Below are positions 9,085-16,671 of a DNA stretch of 29,411 nt, piece by piece (the first letter of the stretch is position 1; every line of letters starts with the position of its first letter). The DNA lies in the IMG/VR virus record IMGVR_UViG_3300035016_000041; one strand, written 5' to 3'. The stretch is from a virus. Taxonomy: Duplodnaviria > Caudoviricetes. The position numbers were made by a program, and so were the translations under genes. A model generated the notes under the pieces. It searched no databases and was not told the origin of the DNA. It was given only the letters and a program-made list of their open reading frames with translations.

Positions 9085-10119
9085 ATGCCCACGTACCTAT
9101 ATCCCGAAGCCCGCGAGCTGCAGGAACTCGGCCCCGAGTTGATGGCGCAGGAGATCGCCAACGACCCGCTCTTCAGCATCTTCCCGATCGAGACGGTCAA
9201 CGCTGCATTGCTGCAGTGGTCCGTTGAGGACGACGACCTCGGCCTCCAGCAGCTGCGCGGCCTCGACGGCGCGCCGCAGCACGTGAAGCCGGTCGGCAAC
9301 AAGAGCTACGTTGCCGAGCCCGGTTATTACGGCGAGTTCGAGACGGTCACCGAGAAGGAACTGACCGAGCGCGGCGGCAGCGTGATCGGCGAGGCCGTCG
9401 TGTCCATTGAGGACTCGGTGCTGACGCGCCAGCGCCAACTCGTCGCCCGCGAGGTCAACCGGATCCGGCAGATCTGCTGGCTGCTGCTGACGACCGGCAC
9501 GTTCAGCGTCTCGGGCAAGGGTGGCACGCTCGTGTACACCGACACGTTCGCGATCCAGAGCTACACCGGGTCGAACTGGGGCGTGCCGGCGACGGCGACG
9601 CCGCTGGCCGACCTGCGCGCGATGCAGCAGATGGGCAGCCAGTTCGGCGTGGACTTCAACGCGTCCAGCATGTTCTTCATCAACCGCGTGGATGCCAACA
9701 ACATGCTGAAGAACTCGAACGCCGCCGACCTGGGCGGGCGCCGCACGCTTGGCGGTGGCACGGTCAACAGCATCGCCGAGGCCAACCGGATCATCATGGG
9801 TGAGGACCTGCCCGAGATCGTCGTCTACGACCGCGGCTACAAGAACGACGCCAACACGTACACGAAGTTCATCACGAACGGTAACGGCACGCTCGTCGGC
9901 CGGCGTCAGGAGGGCGACCGCGTCGGCGCCTACCGGATGACGCGCAACCTCAACAACCCGGCCGGCACGCCCGGCAGCTACGAGTACGTGAAGGACTACG
10001 TGCGCGGGATCAACGCCCCGAAGGAGACGCCCCCGAAGATCGAGGTGCACCGCGGCCACAACGGTGGGCCGGTGCTGACCCGTCCCAAGGCGATCGTCAA
10101 GGTCGCGATCGGTGCCTAA
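9085..10119 (+). CDS. Major capsid protein (lambda gpE family)
   Basis: 344 aa after gpD; ATATPLADL, PEIVVYDRGY, GPVLTRPKAIV; GGAG upstream. Confidence 0.9.
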   Translation: MPTYLYPEARELQELGPELMAQEIANDPLFSIFPIETVNAALLQWSVEDDDLGLQQLRGLDGAPQHVKPVGNKSYVAEPGYYGEFETVTEKELTERGGSVIGEAVVSIEDSVLTRQRQLVAREVNRIRQICWLLLTTGTFSVSGKGGTLVYTDTFAIQSYTGSNWGVPATATPLADLRAMQQMGSQFGVDFNASSMFFINRVDANNMLKNSNAADLGGRRTLGGGTVNSIAEANRIIMGEDLPEIVVYDRGYKNDANTYTKFITNGNGTLVGRRQEGDRVGAYRMTRNLNNPAGTPGSYEYVKDYVRGINAPKETPPKIEVHRGHNGGPVLTRPKAIVKVAIGA

Positions 10120-10140
10120 CCGCGTCCCGACAGCCCAGCC

Positions 10141-10179
10141 CCAGCGCCGGTCGGGAAACCGGTCGGCGCTGGTTCGTTT
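10141..10179 (+). terminator. Rho-independent terminator after capsid gene
   Basis: 14-bp stem CCAGCGCCGGTCGG / CCGGTCGGCGCTGG (two G-U pairs), GAAA loop, followed by TTCGTTT. Confidence 0.75.
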
Positions 10180-10208
10180 GAGTGAAACCCTTTTGCAAGG
10201 AGAACGCC

Positions 10209-10850
10209 GTGAAGAAATACGAAGTAGTCCATCAGGGCGCGGGCCAGTACGTGCAGGGCAACGTCATCAGCGAAGAGCAGATCGTTGCCAACGGCACGAC
10301 CGTCGAGCGTTGGCTGCGTCTCGGCGCGGTCAAGGAGGTCGATGCCTCGACGCCGCTGACGCACGAAGCCAACGGCGCGCAGCCGGCGCAGAGCCTGGCG
10401 ACGCAGGTCGCGTTGTCCACCGGAACCCCGCTCGCATCCCGTGACCCGGCCGAAGTGGCGACGTCCGGCGTGCAGGCGACTCAGCCGGCGGTGACCAATC
10501 CCGCGCCAACCGCTGCGGAACGTCTGCAGGCGGCCCGGGCCGATCTCTTCCGGCTGGAAGAGGAAGCCGCCCGCGAGCAGGCTCAGAAGCTCCCGGCCGG
10601 TGACCCGCCGAAGGTGGAAACCGTTTCCACCGCTACCACCACCACCGGCACCGGCAACACGGGCTCGACGAACCCGCCCGCGGATCCGCCGAAGGCGCCG
10701 TTCGACCCGGTCATCGGGGGCAAGCCCCTGTCCTACTACGACGGGAAGAGCGACGACCAGATCCGAGCCGACAAGACGGTCGAGGTCGGGCCCGAGCGGC
10801 TGAAGCAGATCCACGCCGCCCGCAAGGCGCGTGAACAGGCCGCGAAGTAA
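10209..10850 (+). CDS. Hypothetical head-associated protein (gpFI position)
   Basis: GTG start with AAGGAG 6 nt upstream; small N-terminal domain, Pro/Thr/Ala linkers, C-terminal HhH-like segment KSDDQIRADKTVEVGPERLKQI. Confidence 0.65.
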   Translation: MKKYEVVHQGAGQYVQGNVISEEQIVANGTTVERWLRLGAVKEVDASTPLTHEANGAQPAQSLATQVALSTGTPLASRDPAEVATSGVQATQPAVTNPAPTAAERLQAARADLFRLEEEAAREQAQKLPAGDPPKVETVSTATTTTGTGNTGSTNPPADPPKAPFDPVIGGKPLSYYDGKSDDQIRADKTVEVGPERLKQIHAARKAREQAAK

Positions 10851-10870
10851 GTCGCCTGTGACAAGGAACC

Positions 10871-10906
10871 ACGCCCGCGGCGAGTCACTTCGTTGCGGGC
10901 GTTTTC
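10871..10906 (+). terminator. Probable Rho-independent terminator
   Basis: Stem ACGCCCGCGGCGA / TCGTTGCGGGCGT, 6-nt loop, followed by TTTC. Confidence 0.6.
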
Positions 10907-10923
10907 GTGAAGAGGGCACAGCG

Positions 10924-11268
10924 ATGGCTTGGGACGACATTCTTGCCGAGGCGGGCGACGCGTTCATGGATGCGTTCGCTGAAAAGACCCCGGTCATCCT
11001 ACGTCCGGGCGAGGGTCGTCCGCGTTCGGTGAAGGTGATCATCGACTGGAAGCCCTCGGAGGAGATGACCGGTGGGCAGCCCGGGTCGTTCCCGCAGATC
11101 GCCATCAGCTTCCTGAATCACCCGTTCAAGGGCATCGACCCGGCCGAGCTGGACCTGGGGACGTGGAAGGTCGACGTCCCGATCCGCAAGGGCGAGCCGG
11201 CGCGGACGCGACCGTTTCACAGGCTGATCTCCGTCGACGGCGGCGAGGTCGTCGTGTTGGTGCGATGA
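10924..11268 (+). CDS. Head-tail connector/closure protein (gpFII-like)
   Basis: 114 aa beta-rich (MAWDDILAEAGDAFMDAFAE...DGGEVVVLVR) at the expected neck position. Confidence 0.65.
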   Translation: MAWDDILAEAGDAFMDAFAEKTPVILRPGEGRPRSVKVIIDWKPSEEMTGGQPGSFPQIAISFLNHPFKGIDPAELDLGTWKVDVPIRKGEPARTRPFHRLISVDGGEVVVLVR

Positions 11269-11999
11269 TGGAATTAACCCTTCAGTTCGACCCGGACCCG
11301 AGCAAGGTCTTCCCACGCGACCCCCGTACGGCGTTCCGCGTGGCCATGAGTGCTGGCAACCGGACCATGGCCACCGCGCGCACGCGGATCACGCGGGTGC
11401 TGGTCAAGGAGATCAACCTTCCGTCACGCGATGTTCGCGCCGAGATCCGCCTAAAGCGCATCAGCCTCTCCGATGCCCGAACGGTGGGCTCGACGGTCGA
11501 GGCTCGGATCGACGTCAAGCATCGGCCAATCCCGGTGATGAAGTTCCGCGGCACGCGCGAGACGAAAGACGGCGTCTCCGTTCTGGTGAGTCGGACGAAG
11601 GGCCGAGAACTGCTGAAGGACGCCTTCATCGCGATTATGAAGAGCGGTCACCGCGGCGTCTTCGAACGCAAGCGGCTGATCGCGTTGAGCGAACTGTCGC
11701 TGCAGGAGCAGATCCACTACCGCGCTGGTGCCCTGCACTACACGAAGTCCAATCTGGTGCGGCCGGACGGCACCGTGGACGAACGGAAGCGGGTGCCGCG
11801 GCTACCGATCCAGGAGCGGTTCGGCAAGACGCTGGCGGGCTACTTGGCCAACGCGCCCGACGTCCTCGACCGCGAGGTCGCGGCACTACAGGGTGACCTG
11901 ACGAAGAACGTCCTCAGCCAGATCAGCCGATTCGTGCAGCGCAAGGGTACGGACAAGTTCGACGACCTGCTCGCCCTCAACTTACCGGAGAACGCCTAA
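11265..11999 (+). CDS. Minor tail/neck protein (gpZ-like)
   Basis: Basic protein with AGNRTMATART, AFIAIMKSGHRGVFER and RLPIQERFG; ATGA overlap with upstream stop. Confidence 0.75.
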   Translation: MMELTLQFDPDPSKVFPRDPRTAFRVAMSAGNRTMATARTRITRVLVKEINLPSRDVRAEIRLKRISLSDARTVGSTVEARIDVKHRPIPVMKFRGTRETKDGVSVLVSRTKGRELLKDAFIAIMKSGHRGVFERKRLIALSELSLQEQIHYRAGALHYTKSNLVRPDGTVDERKRVPRLPIQERFGKTLAGYLANAPDVLDREVAALQGDLTKNVLSQISRFVQRKGTDKFDDLLALNLPENA

Positions 12000-12481
12000 T
12001 GGCCGAGGAAGAACTGCCCGTCGTCGAGCGCATCGCGATCCGCCTGCTGGATGCCGCACAATCGATCAAGAAGGCCGACGGCTACAGCTTCGACGCCGTG
12101 GCGTCGCGCGTCGTGTCAGTCCCATCGTCGCCAGCCGACGGCAGCATCCAGTTGTTTCAGCTGGACAGCCAGATCGACGACGACCCAGCCATTCCCAGGG
12201 CGACTCACATCGGCTGGCGCCAGCCTTTCGTCTTCGCGTGCTACGCGCGGATGAGCCAGCAGGATCCAACGCCGATCGAGTCGAAGCTGAACATGATGCG
12301 CAGCGACGTCGAGCGAGCCGTTATGTCCAACCCCCGGCTGGGCGGCTTGCTATCGAAGGACGTCGTCCCGCAGCCCCCGTTGACCGACGGCGACCAGGCC
12401 GGCGACGGAATCATCTGCCTCTACGTCTGGTTCATCGTCCCGTACCTCGTCAAGAAGACCGATCCCCGCCGATCGTTCTGA
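11999..12481 (+). CDS. Tail terminator (gpU-like)
   Basis: 160 aa before the tail tube; SDVERAVMSNPRLGGL; start overlaps gpZ stop. Confidence 0.65.
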   Translation: MAEEELPVVERIAIRLLDAAQSIKKADGYSFDAVASRVVSVPSSPADGSIQLFQLDSQIDDDPAIPRATHIGWRQPFVFACYARMSQQDPTPIESKLNMMRSDVERAVMSNPRLGGLLSKDVVPQPPLTDGDQAGDGIICLYVWFIVPYLVKKTDPRRSF

Positions 12482-12506
12482 AACCCCCACGAACGGAGAA
12501 TTCCCC

Positions 12507-13343
12507 ATGAGTGTCATTAACAACCAACGCATGTTTCAGGGCGGCAGCATGTTTCGCTGCGCCCTCGCCGACCCCGTCAACGACTGGGCGCAGATCGGCG
12601 GCTGGCGCGACGTCGGCAGCATCAACGTCGTCGTGCCCGACATGCAGCGGACGAAGATCACCGCAAAGGATGCCCGCAACGGCAACCTGATCGAGGTCGA
12701 GTCGCGCACGATCGAGACGACCGAGAAGTTCACGATCTCGACGCTGAACTGCTCGCTCGAGAACAAGATCTTCATCTGGGGCGCATCGGCCGTCGCACTG
12801 TACTCGCAGTCGGCGTCGCCGGTCACCGACCGCGAGCACCTGGCGTGGCCGGACTCGATCGTGCCGCTGCTCGACGCCGGCGGGCTGAACATGTACGACA
12901 TCGCCAGCGTGCAGTCCGTGTTGGTCGGCGCCACCAGCAAGGCGCAGGGCACCGACTGGATCGCCGACCCCTACATGCTGAAGCGGGGCTACATCTACAT
13001 CCCACCGGGCAGCACGATCACCGCCGGCGCCACGATCAAGGTCAGCTTCACGCCCAACGTCATCGCCAGCAGCAAGCGGCAATTCAACCCGCACACGGCC
13101 TCGAAGATCAGCGTGCTCGGCCAGGTGCTATGGACGGACGGGGCCGACACCGTCAACCCGGAGATCGTCGCCCGCGATTCGTTCCGCGCGACGATCGACG
13201 GGCAGTCGCCGGCGTTCAGCGAGACCGACTACAGCCGCATCAACTTCGACGTCACGGTGGTGCAGAAGCTCAACGACTCGGTCCAGCCCGCCGGCCGCGT
13301 CCTTTACCCGCTCGGCGCCGTGCCGACGATCGCGCTCCCCTAG
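12507..13343 (+). CDS. Major tail tube protein
   Basis: 278 aa; WRDVGSINVVV, ISTLNCSLEN, inserted GTDW...RGYIYIPPGSTITAGATIKVSF domain; GGAGA upstream; followed by chaperone and tape measure. Confidence 0.75.
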   Translation: MSVINNQRMFQGGSMFRCALADPVNDWAQIGGWRDVGSINVVVPDMQRTKITAKDARNGNLIEVESRTIETTEKFTISTLNCSLENKIFIWGASAVALYSQSASPVTDREHLAWPDSIVPLLDAGGLNMYDIASVQSVLVGATSKAQGTDWIADPYMLKRGYIYIPPGSTITAGATIKVSFTPNVIASSKRQFNPHTASKISVLGQVLWTDGADTVNPEIVARDSFRATIDGQSPAFSETDYSRINFDVTVVQKLNDSVQPAGRVLYPLGAVPTIALP

Positions 13344-13363
13344 ACCGACCGTCAAGCCGAACA

Positions 13364-13397
13364 GCCGCTGCCCCTCTAATCGGGGGCAGCGGCCTTG
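13364..13397 (+). terminator. Hairpin/weak terminator after tail tube gene
   Basis: GCCGCTGCCCC / GGGGCAGCGGC 11-bp stem; short U tract (CTTG). Confidence 0.5.
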
Positions 13398-13418
13398 TCC
13401 CTACCAGGAGCTAAACGA

Positions 13419-13928
13419 GTGCAGCCACCAACACCAAAAGGCACGTTCGATACCGTCAAGGTCAACGGTGCCGAGGTCCGCGTCTACACGCTGGGCATCG
13501 TCCACATGGTCGACGAGCAGATCACTGCCGACATCACCAAGGTCATGGGGGCGCTGCTGTCCATGGACTGGCGCGCGGTCATCGCCACGGCCGACCCCGC
13601 CGGCACCGCGCTGCGCACGCTGTACCCGTTGGTCGGCCCGTCGGTGCTGCGCGTGGTCGACGCCTGCTGCGTGCCCAGCCTGCAGGAGGCCGGCGCCGAC
13701 ATTGCCGTCACGATGGAGGCGGTGCTGAAGTGGGCGCGACTGTCGTTCGTTGGGGAGCAACGCCTAAAAAACTTGGTGGCCGCGGTCGAGGCGATCGCGG
13801 CCGAACTGTCGCCGACGGACCCGCAGAAGCGTTCGATCGGGGCGTCGCGACCCTCCTTGCCTCAGGATATCGGCTCACCGACCTCTACGACCGTCAACGG
13901 ACGGACGGAGCCCCTTACGCCGGGATGA
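13419..13928 (+). CDS. Tail assembly chaperone (gpG-like)
   Basis: GTG start with AGGAG 8 nt upstream; between tail tube and tape measure; contains slippery site. Confidence 0.75.
   Translation: MQPPTPKGTFDTVKVNGAEVRVYTLGIVHMVDEQITADITKVMGALLSMDWRAVIATADPAGTALRTLYPLVGPSVLRVVDACCVPSLQEAGADIAVTMEAVLKWARLSFVGEQRLKNLVAAVEAIAAELSPTDPQKRSIGASRPSLPQDIGSPTSTTVNGRTEPLTPG
13766..13802 (+). promoter_or_regulatory. Programmed -1 ribosomal frameshift signal
   Basis: In-frame heptamer A AAA AAC (13766-13772), 5-nt spacer, 11-bp stem GGCCGCGGTCG-AGG-CGATCGCGGCC (13778-13802). Confidence 0.8.
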
Positions 13929-14086
13929 CCTGGCCAGAGTACCGGCGAGCGCTGGTCGGTGCGGTGACGTTGCACCGGCGCAGGCGGGCCGAGGCGATGG
14001 CTGACGATGTCACAGCGTACGGCGCGACCAAGAGCAAGGAAGGCTTCGCGGCGTACGAGACCGCGCTGGACGAACTGTTGGAGTAA
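13772..14086 (+). CDS. Frameshifted extension of tail chaperone (gpT-like; G-T fusion 13419..14086)
   Basis: -1 frame is open from the slip site to TAA at 14086, 3 nt before the tape measure start; contains GYRLTDLY...GMTWPEYR. Confidence 0.75.
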   Translation, partial: LGGRGRGDRGRTVADGPAEAFDRGVATLLASGYRLTDLYDRQRTDGAPYAGMTWPEYRRALVGAVTLHRRRRAEAMADDVTAYGATKSKEGFAAYETALDELLE

Positions 14087-14089
14087 CGC

Positions 14090-16666
14090 ATGTCCGAACA
14101 ACGCAAAGACGTCGCCGTCGTCCTGAAGCTTCATGACCAGCTGACGGCCGGCATGACGAAGGTGAACGGCGTCCTTGGCGGCACCGGCGACTTCGCGCGG
14201 CGCGCGAGGATCGCCTTCGACGGGCTGAAAGCAACAGCACTCGGCGTGGGCTCGTCGCTGGCGGGCGTGGTCGCCATCGGTGCCGTGATCAAACGCGCCA
14301 CGGATGAGGCCCGCGCGGCAGTTGAGAACCGGCAGCGGCTGACGGTGGCGCTCGGCGGGAACCTGGACCAACTCAAGCGGATCCAGCAGCTCGCCGGTGA
14401 GATCCAAGCCGTCAGCACGATCGGCGACGACGACACGATCGCGCTTGCTGCCGACCTGCTCAACCGCGGCGTTGCCGTCCGGGACATCGAGAAGGCGATC
14501 CGCGCGACGGTAGAGGTTTCGGCAGCCCTCGGCAAGAGCTTGGGTGAGGCCGGTGAACAGGTCGCCCAGACGTACGGCGGAACGCTGCCCCGCGAGCTGG
14601 CAAAGGCGATTCCCGCCTTGAAGACGCTGACGATCGAAGAGCTGCGCAACGGCGATGCGGTCGACAAGCTCCTAGACCGGTACCGCCAGTTCGCGACCAA
14701 CCTGTCGCAGACGCCGCTAGGCCAGATCGAGCAGGCAAACAACCGCATAGGCGATTCGTTCGAGGGCATCGGCGAGATCATCCTGAAGATGCAGGCCGAC
14801 GTCGCGCCGGCGCTGGCAGACCAGGTCGAGGCGATCGCGGGTCTACTCGACAGCGACTTGGTGCGGGATCTCGGTGCTGGCGTGTCCTCCCTGACGCGGG
14901 AGGCGGTCGCTGGTACTCCGAAGGTGCTGACGTTCGCCGCAGCGTGGACTGCCGTCGGACTCGCGATCCGTGGTGCGGGCATTTCCGGTACCGTTACGGG
15001 TGCAGCCCTGACATCCTTCAAGTTCACCGCCAGCGCGGCGGCCGTGCTGGTGCTGGCTGAGCGCGTCAGCCTCGCGATTGACCTCCTTCGGGGGGTGAGC
15101 GGCGAGCTCGACACGCTGGAGAAGCGACGGCAGGTGGTTGTCGACCTGGTGGTGAACCTCGTCTACGAGAGGGACGTCAAGGCGGCCGACGTAGCCAATA
15201 GCTTCGTACGCGACCTGTTGGGACGTGCGGGCATCGACGCAGATTTCAGCAACGATGCTGACGCGGTCGCTGCGGGTAACGCCGCGGGCAAGAGCGACAC
15301 CGACCGGAAAGTGGCCGAGCAGACCGCGCAGTTCCAGCGCAACGGCCAGAAGCTCCGCGACCTGCAGGACGAGCTGAACACGATCCTCGAACAGAAGGAC
15401 GAGGAGTCGGTCAAGCGCCGTGCCGCGATCGAACTGGAACGGCTCGAGCTGCTCAACGATCAGAAGCTGATCAGCACTGGCGACTACCTGCGGCAGCGTG
15501 ACCAGATGGAACGCGACGCGCTGGACCGTGAACTCGGCGACGCGCAGGCCCGGCTCGACGCCGCACAGAAGCGGCTGGTTGACGAGACGAATCGGCCGGA
15601 CAAGAACGAGGTCATCACCAGCGATGCCGTCGACGCGCAGGAGGAGATCAACAAGCTGACGGCCGTCCTGCTGGAGTACCGTCAGAAGATCGACCTGCTG
15701 GACCAGAAGCAGGCGGCCCGGCGAAGCACCACGGGACAGTCCGCCGTGGCGGAGGCGATCGCCTCCGCGAACGAGGCGCAGCAGCGCTATAACCAGACGC
15801 TGGAGAACACGGCGAACCTCGAAGAGGTCGGGGCCATCAGCAGCCAAGACGCCAAACGCCGCGTCGCCGAGGCCGCGCTGCGCATGGAGGCGGACCTGCA
15901 GGGCGTCACCGGCCGCCTGCGTGGGCTGCTGGCCGACGGGGTGATCAGCCAGTCCGAGTATGACCGCGTCATCCAACACATCGACGGCGTGGCAAACAAG
16001 GCCAAACAGAAGGTCTCAGAACTGACCGTAGCGATGCTGAGCATCCGCCAACAGCTGCAGTCGCCGTTCGAGAACTTCTTCAACGACGTCATCGATGGCA
16101 CCAAGCGGGCGGCCGACGCGTTCCGGGACCTCGGCAACGACATCCTGAAGACGATCCAGCGGGTCCTCGTGAACCGCATCGTGACGCAGTTCCTCGACAC
16201 GTTCCTCGGCGCCGCCACGGGCAGTGGAGGGTTTACCCCAGGAATCATCGGCCGGCTGTTCGTGCAGCGTAACAGCGGCGGATTCATCCCGGGGGGCGGG
16301 CCGGACGTCGACAGCGTTCCTGCGATGCTGACCCCTGGCGAGTTCGTGGTACGGCGGCGTGCCGCCCAGCAGCACGCGCCGTTCCTGGCGGCGCTCAACG
16401 CCGGGGCGTTCGAGCGGTTCGACCTCGGCGAGTACCTCGGCATCCCGCGCCGACCCGTGCTATCGATCCCCCGCGCCGGCTACAACGCCGGCGGGCCGGT
16501 CGGCACCGCGGCGTCCGGCAATGCTCCGGCCGGCCGGATCGTGCCGGCAATCGTCGCCACCGAGCAGACCGCCGCCACGATCCTCCGTGCCGGTCCCAAC
16601 GCCAGCCGGCGCATGTTGGTCGAGCACTCCGACATCATCCGCCAGATCGCCCGAGACGAGGCTTAG
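14090..16666 (+). CDS. Tail tape measure protein
   Basis: 858-aa helical Ala/Leu-rich protein; N-terminal VVLKLHDQLT; C-terminal GGFIPGGGPDVDSVPAMLTPGEFVV and YNAGGPV motifs. Confidence 0.92.
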   Translation: MSEQRKDVAVVLKLHDQLTAGMTKVNGVLGGTGDFARRARIAFDGLKATALGVGSSLAGVVAIGAVIKRATDEARAAVENRQRLTVALGGNLDQLKRIQQLAGEIQAVSTIGDDDTIALAADLLNRGVAVRDIEKAIRATVEVSAALGKSLGEAGEQVAQTYGGTLPRELAKAIPALKTLTIEELRNGDAVDKLLDRYRQFATNLSQTPLGQIEQANNRIGDSFEGIGEIILKMQADVAPALADQVEAIAGLLDSDLVRDLGAGVSSLTREAVAGTPKVLTFAAAWTAVGLAIRGAGISGTVTGAALTSFKFTASAAAVLVLAERVSLAIDLLRGVSGELDTLEKRRQVVVDLVVNLVYERDVKAADVANSFVRDLLGRAGIDADFSNDADAVAAGNAAGKSDTDRKVAEQTAQFQRNGQKLRDLQDELNTILEQKDEESVKRRAAIELERLELLNDQKLISTGDYLRQRDQMERDALDRELGDAQARLDAAQKRLVDETNRPDKNEVITSDAVDAQEEINKLTAVLLEYRQKIDLLDQKQAARRSTTGQSAVAEAIASANEAQQRYNQTLENTANLEEVGAISSQDAKRRVAEAALRMEADLQGVTGRLRGLLADGVISQSEYDRVIQHIDGVANKAKQKVSELTVAMLSIRQQLQSPFENFFNDVIDGTKRAADAFRDLGNDILKTIQRVLVNRIVTQFLDTFLGAATGSGGFTPGIIGRLFVQRNSGGFIPGGGPDVDSVPAMLTPGEFVVRRRAAQQHAPFLAALNAGAFERFDLGEYLGIPRRPVLSIPRAGYNAGGPVGTAASGNAPAGRIVPAIVATEQTAATILRAGPNASRRMLVEHSDIIRQIARDEA

Positions 16667-16671
16667 ACCCG

